Below, in pieces: positions 29,939 to 39,295 of a stretch of DNA of 51,878 bases. Origin of the DNA: an uncultured bacterium (GTDB taxonomy: Bacteria; Patescibacteriota; Minisyncoccia; Phycocordibacterales; CAIZLB01); contig CAINHC010000037.1 in the NCBI GenBank assembly GCA_903848795.1, forward strand, positions 1-51,878. The letters are read 5' to 3'. Position 1 is the stretch's first letter, and each line of letters opens with the position of its first letter. A program made the translations under genes and the position numbers. The notes under the pieces are model-generated. The model saw only the letters and a list, made by a program, of their open reading frames with translations, had not been told where the DNA came from and did not search any database.

Positions 29939-31528
29939 ATGATCAAATTTGAAAATAATGGTAAAACTACAAAAATGACAAAAGATGAATTCAAAAAAGA
30001 AATAAAGGAATTGTTTGATATCCTAAAGACAGGAGAAAAAGAAGATTTTAAACTTGCAAAAAAGCAAATAGAAAAGTTGTATCATAATAATAGGGCATAT
30101 TCTAAAGATAATGAAGATGTTATTTTTGAAGTAGTTAATGATTTTGAAAATATAAAAGATATTCTGCATAAGTTAGCTGTACTTTCTGGCTTAAAATTGC
30201 CTGTTTTGTATGTAAGGTCTAAAAACTTTACAGAAATTTACAAATTCATTTTAGGGAACCTAGAAAACTCAGACGGTCACATAAGGGAAGCCTCAAGAAA
30301 TCTTGGATCCTGGTTTAGATTCGAGTATAGAAATGATAAAAAAAGATTTGAAGACTTCATTGATAACATTGAAATATTAATGAAAAAATATGAACCAGAT
30401 CTGGATCATAAACCTTTTTATCTGGGTGATATGAAGCCTTCAGTATATAAAACATTAGTCTTGTTTTGGCACGATATGGCAAGCGGAACATCTAAATATT
30501 ATGACAACAGGGAGGAATTGATGGATATAACAAGCAACGAGAGAATTCCTTTTTTGGGTAAAGATAATGACGGAATGATGGGTGAAGAAGGATGGGAGGA
30601 AGAGGAAGTAGATTATCAGGATGTATTTGATTCTATTTGGTCTGGCAAAAAAGAAGGTAATCCTCTGGATGCTAATGTTTGGCTTAAAAGTCTTGAGGAA
30701 ATGTCTCAAAAAAGACTAGAAAACCAGATTAAAAGCTTGGGATTTAATGATAAGGAATCTGTAGACATGTTTGCTAATCTTTGCATATTTGGAGAGGATG
30801 CACACCCAAAAATAATTGAAGACTTGTATTTAAGTGGAAAAATTGAACAAGATATTACAGGTCTTTCCAAAATAAATAATTTTATGAGAGCGATATATTT
30901 ATTTAATAATCATAGGGTCCTAAAAAATAAGCATGGGAATATTTCACATTTACTGGTGGAAGCCTTAATTGAAAAGGAATGTATAGGTTCTGTCCAACCT
31001 AGAGATTTAGTTTCTTTTGTGAAATTAATTTGTCAAAGCCATGAGGAAGTGGATAATTTTATTGATTGGAATGAGAATAAAAATAAGGAAAGGTTTGAAT
31101 GGAGGATTAATTTTTCAAAAGAACATTCCATGTCAGCAGATAGCCATTTGGAATATTTAAAAGAAATTAAGGAAAGAGAGGAGGAGGACAAGGTGATCAG
31201 CTTCTTTGGAAGATCTGTTGCACATCACGCTCTTGACTGGCATATACAAAGTAACCCTGTTGGATTTAATAGAACGGCTGATCCTAAAAAAGTAGTGGCA
31301 TGTGTTTTAAAGATGGTAAAAGATTACAATATTATGGAGACAAAGGGGGAAATATGTCTAAATTATGATAATAAAGATTTGTCCAACTTTGGTGGATGGA
31401 AGGGTGCAAACAGTTTTCCTGGAAGTGAACATAGAGTGACACATCCCATATTGGAAAGAGTTGGAGATCCATCTCTTCTTTTGATTGACCCAAGCAAGCT
31501 TGGTAAGGAGAGATTTATGTGGATGTAG
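29939..31528 (+). CDS. Hypothetical protein (helical N-terminus, acidic linker)
   Basis: Long ORF co-oriented in the operon; no family recognised. Confidence 0.7.
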   Translation: MIKFENNGKTTKMTKDEFKKEIKELFDILKTGEKEDFKLAKKQIEKLYHNNRAYSKDNEDVIFEVVNDFENIKDILHKLAVLSGLKLPVLYVRSKNFTEIYKFILGNLENSDGHIREASRNLGSWFRFEYRNDKKRFEDFIDNIEILMKKYEPDLDHKPFYLGDMKPSVYKTLVLFWHDMASGTSKYYDNREELMDITSNERIPFLGKDNDGMMGEEGWEEEEVDYQDVFDSIWSGKKEGNPLDANVWLKSLEEMSQKRLENQIKSLGFNDKESVDMFANLCIFGEDAHPKIIEDLYLSGKIEQDITGLSKINNFMRAIYLFNNHRVLKNKHGNISHLLVEALIEKECIGSVQPRDLVSFVKLICQSHEEVDNFIDWNENKNKERFEWRINFSKEHSMSADSHLEYLKEIKEREEEDKVISFFGRSVAHHALDWHIQSNPVGFNRTADPKKVVACVLKMVKDYNIMETKGEICLNYDNKDLSNFGGWKGANSFPGSEHRVTHPILERVGDPSLLLIDPSKLGKERFMWM

Positions 31529-31612
31529 GGATTGTTGTAACATTGGATGGAACGTACAAGCTGGAACGTACGTTGGAGAGCTTTTTGTAAATATGCTATG
31601 ATGCTTATTATA

Positions 31613-31879
31613 ATGAAACCATCAACAAGAGAAAAGCTAATAAATTGGGCTAATGGTAATAACTGGTCAGCAAGTCATCCTTTGGATATGGAGAGGTTTT
31701 GGAAGTTTGTCATAGAGGCTTATACTAACGGAGATTCTCAAATATCAGAAGATGAGTTTTACGGTTCATTGTCATCTTTCTATGATGATGAAGATGTTTT
31801 AACTGATTATTATATAAAGTATGAAAATGGCATTGAATTATTAGATTGTTATAATAAGGAAAAAGATGGATTCCAATAA
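31613..31879 (+). CDS. Hypothetical small acidic protein
   Basis: ORF overlapping the start of the next gene; start placed at MKPSTREK after a TGcTATGAT/TATAAT region. Confidence 0.6.
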   Translation: MKPSTREKLINWANGNNWSASHPLDMERFWKFVIEAYTNGDSQISEDEFYGSLSSFYDDEDVLTDYYIKYENGIELLDCYNKEKDGFQ

Positions 31880-32570
31880 GCCTCAAAAAATTAATATTTA
31901 TTGTGATGAAAGTAGTATAGACAACCCTAAGCATAATTTTATGGTTATAGGGGCTCTGTTTATAGATAGAAATCTAGCACCAGTAGTAAAAGAAAAAATA
32001 AAGGAAATAAGACAAAAATATAAGATAAATGGTGAATTAAAGTGGGTCAAAACATCTTCATTGACGATGGATTTTTATAGAGAGCTTTTTGAATATTTAT
32101 TTAGCTTTGAAACACAGAATGTAACATTTCGTTGCATTGCGATAGATAAAACAAAAATAAATTATGAAAGGTATCACGATAAAGATAAAGAAATTGCTTT
32201 TTATAAGTTTTATTATCAGTTGCTAAAGAGACGAATAAAAGAAGATGTTCAACAGTATCTTTTCTTGGATTTTAGACCTTCAAAAAACAAAAATAGCGTA
32301 CGGAGACTGGGGGAGTTTCTCGGTATTTTAACAAAAGGGATAAAGCATATACAAGCATATCCATCAGACCAAAATATCTTTATACAAATAGCGGACATCT
32401 TAACCGGAGCCGTAGCTTATTCATATAACTCTAAACTGGATAGTAAGGTCAAAAAGGAGCTAATAGATATTATTGCAAAATCAATAGGAAAAGATAGCTT
32501 AAAGTTTTGTTCACCTTTCTGGGAAGATAAATTCAATATTTTCTGTATAGACTTAACTAAAAGGAAATAA
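31866..32570 (+). CDS. DUF3800 domain protein (RNase H-like acidic motifs)
   Basis: IYCDES, ELKW, FLD, S...IQIADILTGAV motifs. Confidence 0.85.
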   Translation: MDSNKPQKINIYCDESSIDNPKHNFMVIGALFIDRNLAPVVKEKIKEIRQKYKINGELKWVKTSSLTMDFYRELFEYLFSFETQNVTFRCIAIDKTKINYERYHDKDKEIAFYKFYYQLLKRRIKEDVQQYLFLDFRPSKNKNSVRRLGEFLGILTKGIKHIQAYPSDQNIFIQIADILTGAVAYSYNSKLDSKVKKELIDIIAKSIGKDSLKFCSPFWEDKFNIFCIDLTKRK

Positions 32571-32571
32571 A

Positions 32572-33009
32572 ATGTCTGAAAATGATAATCTAAAGATATT
32601 GATTCTCAATACAGAAGAAGAATATTTAAAGGAATTCTGTGAAGCATATCGTGCAGATTTTTGTACCCCAGATGGTTTTAATATTTGCTGTAAATATCTT
32701 GAGTCAACCGCAAAACATTTTTGTCGGGGTGGTAAAAATGGTCCTTTCCAGGTGACTAGAGCATACAGAATACTTTGGGCAAAATATATACTCATGCATC
32801 CAGAGGAGAGAGTCATTCTAAGGGATATTTGTACTGGAAACACCTTATTCTTTTTAATTAGAACTAAAACACCACACATCGTTGTTTGTAAGAAACTTGG
32901 TGATAAATGGAATTTGATATCATCTTTTGTTGTAGGTGGAGATAGAGCAAAAAAATACCTTAAAGGTCAGTACCCTTATGAATATTTTGATAAAAATAAA
33001 GACAAATAA
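32572..33009 (+). CDS. Hypothetical protein, possibly a BECR-fold nuclease
   Basis: Coupled to the DUF3800 gene (1-nt gap); H..RAYRILW and C-terminal HIVV..WNLISSF pattern; fold is inference. Confidence 0.6.
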   Translation: MSENDNLKILILNTEEEYLKEFCEAYRADFCTPDGFNICCKYLESTAKHFCRGGKNGPFQVTRAYRILWAKYILMHPEERVILRDICTGNTLFFLIRTKTPHIVVCKKLGDKWNLISSFVVGGDRAKKYLKGQYPYEYFDKNKDK

Positions 33010-33073
33010 TTATACACACTTTTGTTACTAATAAAAAATTCCATTTTAGCTAGTGGTATGCTACAATATAAAT

Positions 33074-33176
33074 ACCTCCAAAAGGGGTTGAAATAGGGAG
33101 TATACCTTATGGTATATCTTGTAACCATACCTTTTCTGAAGAGCTGTTGAGGATATCAACAGCTCTTCCTCGTTTC
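33074..33176 (+). ncRNA. Candidate structured RNA downstream of the DUF3800 operon
   Basis: Promoter TTCCAT-17-TACAAT (33039-33067, extended TG), long imperfect hairpin 33080-33135, perfect 13-bp hairpin 33138-33168. Confidence 0.5.
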
Positions 33177-33244
33177 TGGGTATTATTTCTAAGCTAGGCC
33201 ATTAATTTGGCGTTTTTGAATGAAGCGGTTATAATAGAATACAT

Positions 33245-34660
33245 ATGTTGTTTCCTAATGAATCTGAAAAATCGGCAATATTGTCTTGGCGTTCGTTTTA
33301 CACTCTGCTATCAAACAAATTTGTTTTAACATTATTTGTACCGATGGTTTTGGTTGGTATTTTTTTTGTTACTCCCTGTGTGTCTTTTTCTCAAGCGGTT
33401 CTGACAGCAGATCAACAGGCGGCACTGCGGGCTGAGCTTGCAAGTATTGAGCAAGCGATAAAGGATCAGCAGGCCATATTGGATACTAAACAAAAAGAAG
33501 GGACTTCTATCTCTCGTGATATTGCAATACTCGATGCTCAGATTAAACAAGCACAGTTGAAGATTAGAGCTCATGAAATTTCTATAACAAATCTAGGAAA
33601 AGATATTGTTGTTAAAACAAACACAATTACAGCCTTAGGGGAGAAAATTAACGCTGGTCAAGAATCGATGGCTCAAATAATTCAGAGAACAAGAGAATTG
33701 GATGACCTGTCTGTTGCCGAATCTTTTTTAAGTAATAAAAATATTTCAGACTTTTTTATTGATCTTGATAATTTTAGTTCGATAAAACAATCTTTAAATT
33801 TACATTTAGATAATGTTAAGGGTGCAAAGAAGAGTAATGAAATAGTTAAAGAACAATTAGGTGAAAAAAGAAATCAAGAAGTGGATGCTAAAATCAACGT
33901 TGAGCAAGAGCAGGCTAAGATTAAGAAGCTTGAAGCTGATAAACAAAGATTGTTGAATTTAAATAAAAACGAACAACAAAGTTATAAAACTGATATTAGC
34001 AATAAGACCAAAAGAGCTAATGAAATTAGAAATGCGCTCTTTGCACTTCGTGATACTCCTTCAATTAAGTTCGGTGACGCTGTGACGTATGCTAAAGCAG
34101 CTTCAGTTAAGACTGGAGTTAGGGCAGCGTTTGTTCTGGCTATCATTCAGCAAGAAAGTAATATGGGATCAAATGTTGGAACGTGTTATTTGAGTGACTC
34201 AACAACAGGTGCGGGTGTTAAGAAAACATCAGGCACACCTGTTGCCAACCTGATGAAGCTTTCAAGAGATGTTCAGCCTTTTTTGCAGATAATGAAAGAG
34301 ACGGGCAGAGACCCTTATAAGACTCTAGTCTCATGTCCAATTGGTAATATCGGTTACGGAGGCGCTATGGGACCTTCACAGTTCATTCCTTCTACTTGGA
34401 TGTTGAATAGAAGTAGGGTTGCAACAAATGTTGGTAAGAGCTATGTGGATCCTTGGAATCCAGAAGATGCGCTGATGGCAACAGCTGTCTTCTTGTCTGA
34501 CCTTGGAGCTGGCGCAGGTGGATATTCAGCTGAGAGAAATGCAGCTTGTAGATATTATTCTGGTAAGGCTTGCAGTGGAAGTAATACCTTCTATGGTGAC
34601 CAAGTTATGGGGCGTGTTACAACAATGCAAAGTAATATTGATGTGCTGAACGCTAACTAA
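33245..34660 (+). CDS. Secreted coiled-coil protein with C-terminal lytic transglycosylase (SLT_2-like) domain
   Basis: N-terminal hydrophobic segment, long heptad region, IIQQES, GAMGPSQFIPSTW, DPWNPEDA. Confidence 0.85.
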   Translation: MLFPNESEKSAILSWRSFYTLLSNKFVLTLFVPMVLVGIFFVTPCVSFSQAVLTADQQAALRAELASIEQAIKDQQAILDTKQKEGTSISRDIAILDAQIKQAQLKIRAHEISITNLGKDIVVKTNTITALGEKINAGQESMAQIIQRTRELDDLSVAESFLSNKNISDFFIDLDNFSSIKQSLNLHLDNVKGAKKSNEIVKEQLGEKRNQEVDAKINVEQEQAKIKKLEADKQRLLNLNKNEQQSYKTDISNKTKRANEIRNALFALRDTPSIKFGDAVTYAKAASVKTGVRAAFVLAIIQQESNMGSNVGTCYLSDSTTGAGVKKTSGTPVANLMKLSRDVQPFLQIMKETGRDPYKTLVSCPIGNIGYGGAMGPSQFIPSTWMLNRSRVATNVGKSYVDPWNPEDALMATAVFLSDLGAGAGGYSAERNAACRYYSGKACSGSNTFYGDQVMGRVTTMQSNIDVLNAN

Positions 34661-34784
34661 TCGAGCTTTCACCTCTTGGGGGGGGGGGTTAATATAATAC
34701 TTTTCGGGATGGTGTTTTGACCCTTAAATTAGGGTTATTGCTACAGATTTGCCTTTTTTGGCCTTTTAGGTTAATATTGCCCCT

Positions 34785-35036
34785 ATGAAAGCTGATATAC
34801 ACCCTAAATACAATACAGACACCAAATTCACATGTTCTTGTGGAGCTGTGTTTTCTATTGGTTCAACAAAAGACGCAGTTAGTATAGAAATCTGTTCGGA
34901 GTGTCACCCATTTTATACAGGTAATGAAAAGATACTAGATGCTGCTGGACGCGTTGAGAAATTCAAGGCAAGACAAGCAAGTGGAGTGGCTGTAGCTGCT
35001 GCAAAGAAGTCTCCTGCAAAGGCAACAAAGAAATAG
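34785..35036 (+). CDS. rpmE: 50S ribosomal protein bL31 (Zn-binding type)
   Basis: [29 protein letters not shown]. Confidence 0.97.
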   Translation: MKADIHPKYNTDTKFTCSCGAVFSIGSTKDAVSIEICSECHPFYTGNEKILDAAGRVEKFKARQASGVAVAAAKKSPAKATKK

Positions 35037-35048
35037 CGTAATAAACAA

Positions 35049-35079
35049 GAAGGTCGCTCAATTAATTGGCGGCTTTTTT
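35049..35079 (+). terminator. Rho-independent terminator after rpmE
   Basis: AAGGTCGC...GCGGCTTT stem followed by a T run. Confidence 0.6.
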
Positions 35080-35088
35080 GTTTGCCTA

Positions 35089-35208
35089 GGGGTCAGGCCC
35101 CGTACGTGACATGAAAAATGTGTTACAATTTGAATCACAGGGAAGCATTATTGTGGTCAATTAATAAATTACAACACATTTTTGAATACTTGCACGGGGC
35201 CTGACCCC
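35089..35208. repeat. 120-bp element with perfect 15-bp terminal inverted repeats (MITE/REPIN-like)
   Basis: GGGGTCAGGCCCCGT (35089-35103) and ACGGGGCCTGACCCC (35194-35208). Confidence 0.7.
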
Positions 35209-35218
35209 AAAAAACAAC

Positions 35219-36214
35219 ATGGAAAATTTAGATGAATTAAAACAAAATTTTAAAACAAGCTTTCTCGCATATGAATACGAGCGTCTTTTGGTGCAGAAGA
35301 AAGATATTGAAGAGATGTCGACAGATCCTGAAATGATGGAAATGGCTAAGGACGAGCTCGCTACTTTGAATGAACAAATCAAGGGAATTGAGGACAGAGT
35401 CGCAGAAATCATAAAGGCAGATGAGGAAGAGGAGGACTTTCCATCAGAAATTATTATGGAAATTAGACCAGGTGCCGGAGGTGAAGAGTCGTCTCTATTT
35501 GCTGAACAACTAGCCGTAATGTACGAGAGATATGCTGATTCTCAAGGTTGGACATGGAGGGAGATTGATGTTAGTAAAAGTGAATCCGGGGGATATAAGT
35601 TTGCAAGCATTGAATTTAAAGGAAAAGAAATATACAAATATTTACGATATGAAATGGGAGTACATAGAGTTCAGCGTGTTCCCGCAACCGAGAAGTCCGG
35701 AAGAATTCACACTTCGACTGTGACTGTTGCCATACTTCCAATTCGCAAGAAAGTTAAGTTCGAAATTAACCCATCAGAAATTGAAATGGAATTTTCACGT
35801 TCCGGTGGTGCTGGGGGACAAAACGTGAATAAGGTGGAGACAGCTGTGAGACTAATTCACAAGCCAACTGGAATTGACGTAAGGTGCACTAGTGAGAGAA
35901 GTCAGCTTAAGAACCGTGAAATGGCCATGCAAATTTTGACTTCAAAGCTTGCTCAATTAAAAGAAGAGGAAGATGCCAAGAAATTCTCAAGGGATAGAAA
36001 GGATCAGGTTGGAACAGGGGATAGGTCTGAGAAGATAAGGACATACAATATTCTTCAAGATAGAATTACAGACCACAGAATCAAGCAATCATGGCACAAT
36101 ATTGAGTCTGTCTTCTTAGGTAATTTAGGCCCTATTTTGCAAGCTCTACAAGACTTCGTGAAAAACGGTAAATCCCTAGATTCCAATGATGATGCGTTCG
36201 ACGGGGAGGAATAA
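35219..36214 (+). CDS. prfA: Peptide chain release factor 1
   Basis: [18 protein letters not shown] (PxT, RF1-type), [18 protein letters not shown]. Confidence 0.95.
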   Translation: MENLDELKQNFKTSFLAYEYERLLVQKKDIEEMSTDPEMMEMAKDELATLNEQIKGIEDRVAEIIKADEEEEDFPSEIIMEIRPGAGGEESSLFAEQLAVMYERYADSQGWTWREIDVSKSESGGYKFASIEFKGKEIYKYLRYEMGVHRVQRVPATEKSGRIHTSTVTVAILPIRKKVKFEINPSEIEMEFSRSGGAGGQNVNKVETAVRLIHKPTGIDVRCTSERSQLKNREMAMQILTSKLAQLKEEEDAKKFSRDRKDQVGTGDRSEKIRTYNILQDRITDHRIKQSWHNIESVFLGNLGPILQALQDFVKNGKSLDSNDDAFDGEE

Positions 36215-36371
36215 TTTGTTTTTTTCATAGGTATTTAATAGATGTAATTTATGCCGATTATCGGAAAGAGGCCTTAACTTATAAGGAAATTCAAAAGGAA
36301 AAGGTAATAACCACTAACAATTGCACAAACTAATAATAGTGCTATTATTTAGGCAATAATTTAAATACTTT

Positions 36372-37001
36372 ATGAGAAGATATGCGTTTATTGATGTTCA
36401 AAATACAGAGAGTACGGCTATGAAGTCTTGTGGTTTTTCAGTTGACTGGTCTAAATTGTATGAATATTTGTGTCACGATAGATGGTCTTGCCAGAAAGTG
36501 TTTTTTTATACTGGAATAGAAGCGGGAGATACTGACCTAGCTACTCAGTTTGAGTCTTTAACAAAACTATCTAATGCCGTCGTTAGAATTAAGCCTATAT
36601 CTGTATATAAAAAGAATGACAAAATAATTAAAATGAATTGTGTTCATTGTGCGGGAGAAAATGTTAAAAATATTGAAATGGGTTACGATAAAAAAGCAAA
36701 TTGTGATGTCGAATTAACGATGGATGTAATATATACAGCCTTAAATAATAAAGATGAGGAAGTGGAACTAATGATTATGACTGGCGATGGAGACTTCGAA
36801 GCTCTTATTAGAAAAATGTCAGATTCAGATGCTGTAAAGAAAATTTATGTTATTTCTTCTCAAAAAAAGTTTAGTTCATTTGGAATTACCAGAGGTAGAT
36901 TTTCAACCAAACTAAAAGAGCTTATAGAAGAGAAGAAGGACAAAATTGAATTTATTAATATAGATTCCTGGAAATATAAAATTAAAAAGGAAATTATATA
37001 A
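36372..37001 (+). CDS. NYN domain (LabA/DUF88, PIN-like) protein with a CxxC insertion
   Basis: FIDVQN, KANCDVELTMD, TGDGDF; CVHC. Confidence 0.85.
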   Translation: MRRYAFIDVQNTESTAMKSCGFSVDWSKLYEYLCHDRWSCQKVFFYTGIEAGDTDLATQFESLTKLSNAVVRIKPISVYKKNDKIIKMNCVHCAGENVKNIEMGYDKKANCDVELTMDVIYTALNNKDEEVELMIMTGDGDFEALIRKMSDSDAVKKIYVISSQKKFSSFGITRGRFSTKLKELIEEKKDKIEFINIDSWKYKIKKEII

Positions 37002-37014
37002 AAATATACAAATA

Positions 37015-37041
37015 GAAAACGCCACGAAGCGTGACGTTTTC
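37015..37041 (-). terminator. Minus-strand terminator-like hairpin convergent with the NYN gene
   Basis: GAAAACGTCACG-ctt-CGTGGCGTTTTC (G-U wobble only on the minus strand) followed by a T-rich tract. Confidence 0.55.
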
Positions 37042-37143
37042 GAAGGACTTTTAAAGTATATACCTTATAAATGGAAAGTCAATACTTACTTAGTGGTTAG
37101 TGGTTGAATTCTAAGTATGACTCGTCTTGATATTAACCCAACA

Positions 37144-37173
37144 AAAAGGTCCCCCTTGGCAAAGGGACCTTTT
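37144..37173. terminator. Bidirectional terminator-like hairpin upstream of rpsB
   Basis: AAAAGGTCCC-10 nt-GGGACCTTTT. Confidence 0.6.
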
Positions 37174-37257
37174 AAACTGCCTCGTTTTTATATGTTTTTT
37201 AAAAAAAGCTTATAAATTTGCCAATATCCACCCCTTATGATAGACTCATCTCCACAT

Positions 37258-38067
37258 ATGTCATCACATGCAGATAAAAAAAGCCCAGTAATTGACGCCA
37301 TGTTTAAAGCAGGCGCTCATTATGGTTTTACAAAAACAAGACGTCATCCAAGCGTTAAACCCTTTATTTTTGGAGTTAAGAACCGTGTAGAGATCTTCGA
37401 CCTAGAAAAGACAGAAACTGCTCTTGAAAAGGCCCTAGAATTTGTTACTAAAGTCGCAGGAACTGGCAAGCAAATCGTGTTTGTTGGTGGAAAGAGTGAG
37501 GCTAAGGAGATTGTTAAGAAAGTTGCAGATAGTGCAAATCTTCCTTATGTTGCATCTCGTTGGGTTGGAGGTACTCTTACAAACTTCGAATCAATTAAGA
37601 AGCGTGTTGAGAAGCTACTTGACCTTACTCACAAAAGAGAGAAGGGAGAGCTTTCAAAGTACACAAAGCGTGAGAGACTGATGATTGACAGACAAATCGA
37701 TAGACTCAATTTTCTATACTCAGGAATCGTATCTATGAATAATCTTCCAGCTGCTCTTTTTGTTATAGACTCAAAGAAGGAACACATTGCAGTTGCTGAG
37801 GCTCGCGAGAAGAAAATCCCAGTTATTGCACTTACCGGATCTGACTGTGATGTTTCAATTATAAACTATCCAATACCTGCAAATGACTCATCAGTTGCAA
37901 GTATAGAATTCTTCGCTAGAAAGATCGCTGAGGCTTATACAGAAGGTAAGAGGTCAGTAGTTGCACCAGTTGCAGCTCCAGCTTCCGCTCCTACTTATGC
38001 TTCAACTTCTCAAGCGTCAGCTCACTCATCATCTCATCCATCAGCTGGCCGAACATCCACAAGATAG
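37258..38067 (+). CDS. rpsB: 30S ribosomal protein uS2
   Basis: AGAHYG, IFDLEKT, RWVGGTLTN, PANDSS; start placed after TTGCCA-17-TAGACT. Confidence 0.96.
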   Translation: MSSHADKKSPVIDAMFKAGAHYGFTKTRRHPSVKPFIFGVKNRVEIFDLEKTETALEKALEFVTKVAGTGKQIVFVGGKSEAKEIVKKVADSANLPYVASRWVGGTLTNFESIKKRVEKLLDLTHKREKGELSKYTKRERLMIDRQIDRLNFLYSGIVSMNNLPAALFVIDSKKEHIAVAEAREKKIPVIALTGSDCDVSIINYPIPANDSSVASIEFFARKIAEAYTEGKRSVVAPVAAPASAPTYASTSQASAHSSSHPSAGRTSTR

Positions 38068-38160
38068 ATTCATGGCGCTCTAGTGGCGCTCCCGAGGACG
38101 ACCTAGATGGATGTGAATAACTAATTGGCTTATTATAACTAATTTGATAAAATATACGTT

Positions 38161-38754
38161 ATGTCTACACAAATATCACTTGACCAAGTTAAAGAATTAA
38201 GAGACGAGACAGGAATCTCTGTTATGCAATGCCGTAAGGCCCTAGAAGATGCTGGGGGAGACAAAGAGAAGGCTTTAATATTACTAAGAAAGAAAGGCGC
38301 CGAAATTTCAGCCAAGAAATCTGACAGATCTCTTGGCGCTGGAATCGTGTCTGCTTATATTCACTCAAATGGTCTTATTGGATCAATGGTTGAGCTTGCT
38401 TGTGAGACTGACTTCGTTGCTAAGAATGAAGAGTTTGTTAAGTTGGCGCATGATATTGCTATGCAAATATCAGCCACAAATCCAGAGTTTAGAACAATGG
38501 ATGAAATTGTTGAGGCTGACAAAGCAAAAGCAAAAGAAATCTTTGCTGAAGAGGTGGTTGGTAAGCCAGAAGAGCTTAAGGAGAAGATTTTGCAAGGTAA
38601 ACTGGATTCATACTTCAAGGAAAGAGTGTTGTTAGATCAACCATTCATCAAGAATCAAGATCTTACAATCAGACAATTGATTGATGGCTTTGTGCAAAAA
38701 TTTGGAGAGAGAATAGAGGTTTCGAGATTCTCTCGTTTCAATGTTGGTAGATAA
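38161..38754 (+). CDS. tsf: Elongation factor Ts (short form)
   Basis: VKELRDETG, CRKAL, ELACETDFVA, LLDQPFIK; follows rpsB. Confidence 0.96.
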   Translation: MSTQISLDQVKELRDETGISVMQCRKALEDAGGDKEKALILLRKKGAEISAKKSDRSLGAGIVSAYIHSNGLIGSMVELACETDFVAKNEEFVKLAHDIAMQISATNPEFRTMDEIVEADKAKAKEIFAEEVVGKPEELKEKILQGKLDSYFKERVLLDQPFIKNQDLTIRQLIDGFVQKFGERIEVSRFSRFNVGR

Positions 38755-38758
38755 ACAT

Positions 38759-39127
38759 ATGTTTTTCTTATATACAATTTGTGGTCTTTCTCTTTTAATC
38801 ATGCTCGCCATGGTGATTACGAAGATGTTAGAAACTTCTGGTAAGAAGTGTTATATAAAATTCAGTAAACCTGAATGGAATTGGCACATACTTCGAAAGT
38901 ATCATTTAGTTAGACACAATGTTGTGCATATCAAAAGAGAATCATTAGCTAACTTCTTCCATAGAATGGCCAAGGTATCAGAGCTGCTTTTGATTAAGAT
39001 GGCAAACAAATTAGAGAAGAGGTTTTCTAAGCTAGGGGATATGATAAAAGGGAAGCAGGTAGCAAGAAATAGAGGGTCAGTTTCATTCTTTTTGAAGAAG
39101 ATTGAAGACCATAAAAATAATTTGTAA
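38759..39127 (+). CDS. Hypothetical membrane-anchored basic protein
   Basis: N-terminal TM segment, C-terminal SVSFFLKKI; 4 nt after tsf. Confidence 0.65.
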   Translation: MFFLYTICGLSLLIMLAMVITKMLETSGKKCYIKFSKPEWNWHILRKYHLVRHNVVHIKRESLANFFHRMAKVSELLLIKMANKLEKRFSKLGDMIKGKQVARNRGSVSFFLKKIEDHKNNL

Positions 39128-39218
39128 TTATCGGGGCGGTATGCTATATTATTGATAATTAATTGATGGCAGAGGCTTGAATGAAGCCATAGACTAGATT
39201 AATTAAGGCTCGGCGTTT

Positions 39219-39294
39219 GCCGCTTTAGCTCAGTTGGTAGAGCAACTGTTTTGTAAACAGTAGGTCCCCAGTTCGAATCTGGGAAGCGGCTCCA
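39219..39294 (+). tRNA. tRNA-Thr (anticodon UGU)
   Basis: GCCGCTT/AAGCGGC acceptor stem, D arm GCTC-AGTTGGTA-GAGC, anticodon stem ACTGT/ACAGT with loop TTTGTAA, GTTCGAAT T loop, encoded CCA. Confidence 0.97.
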
Positions 39295-39295
39295 T

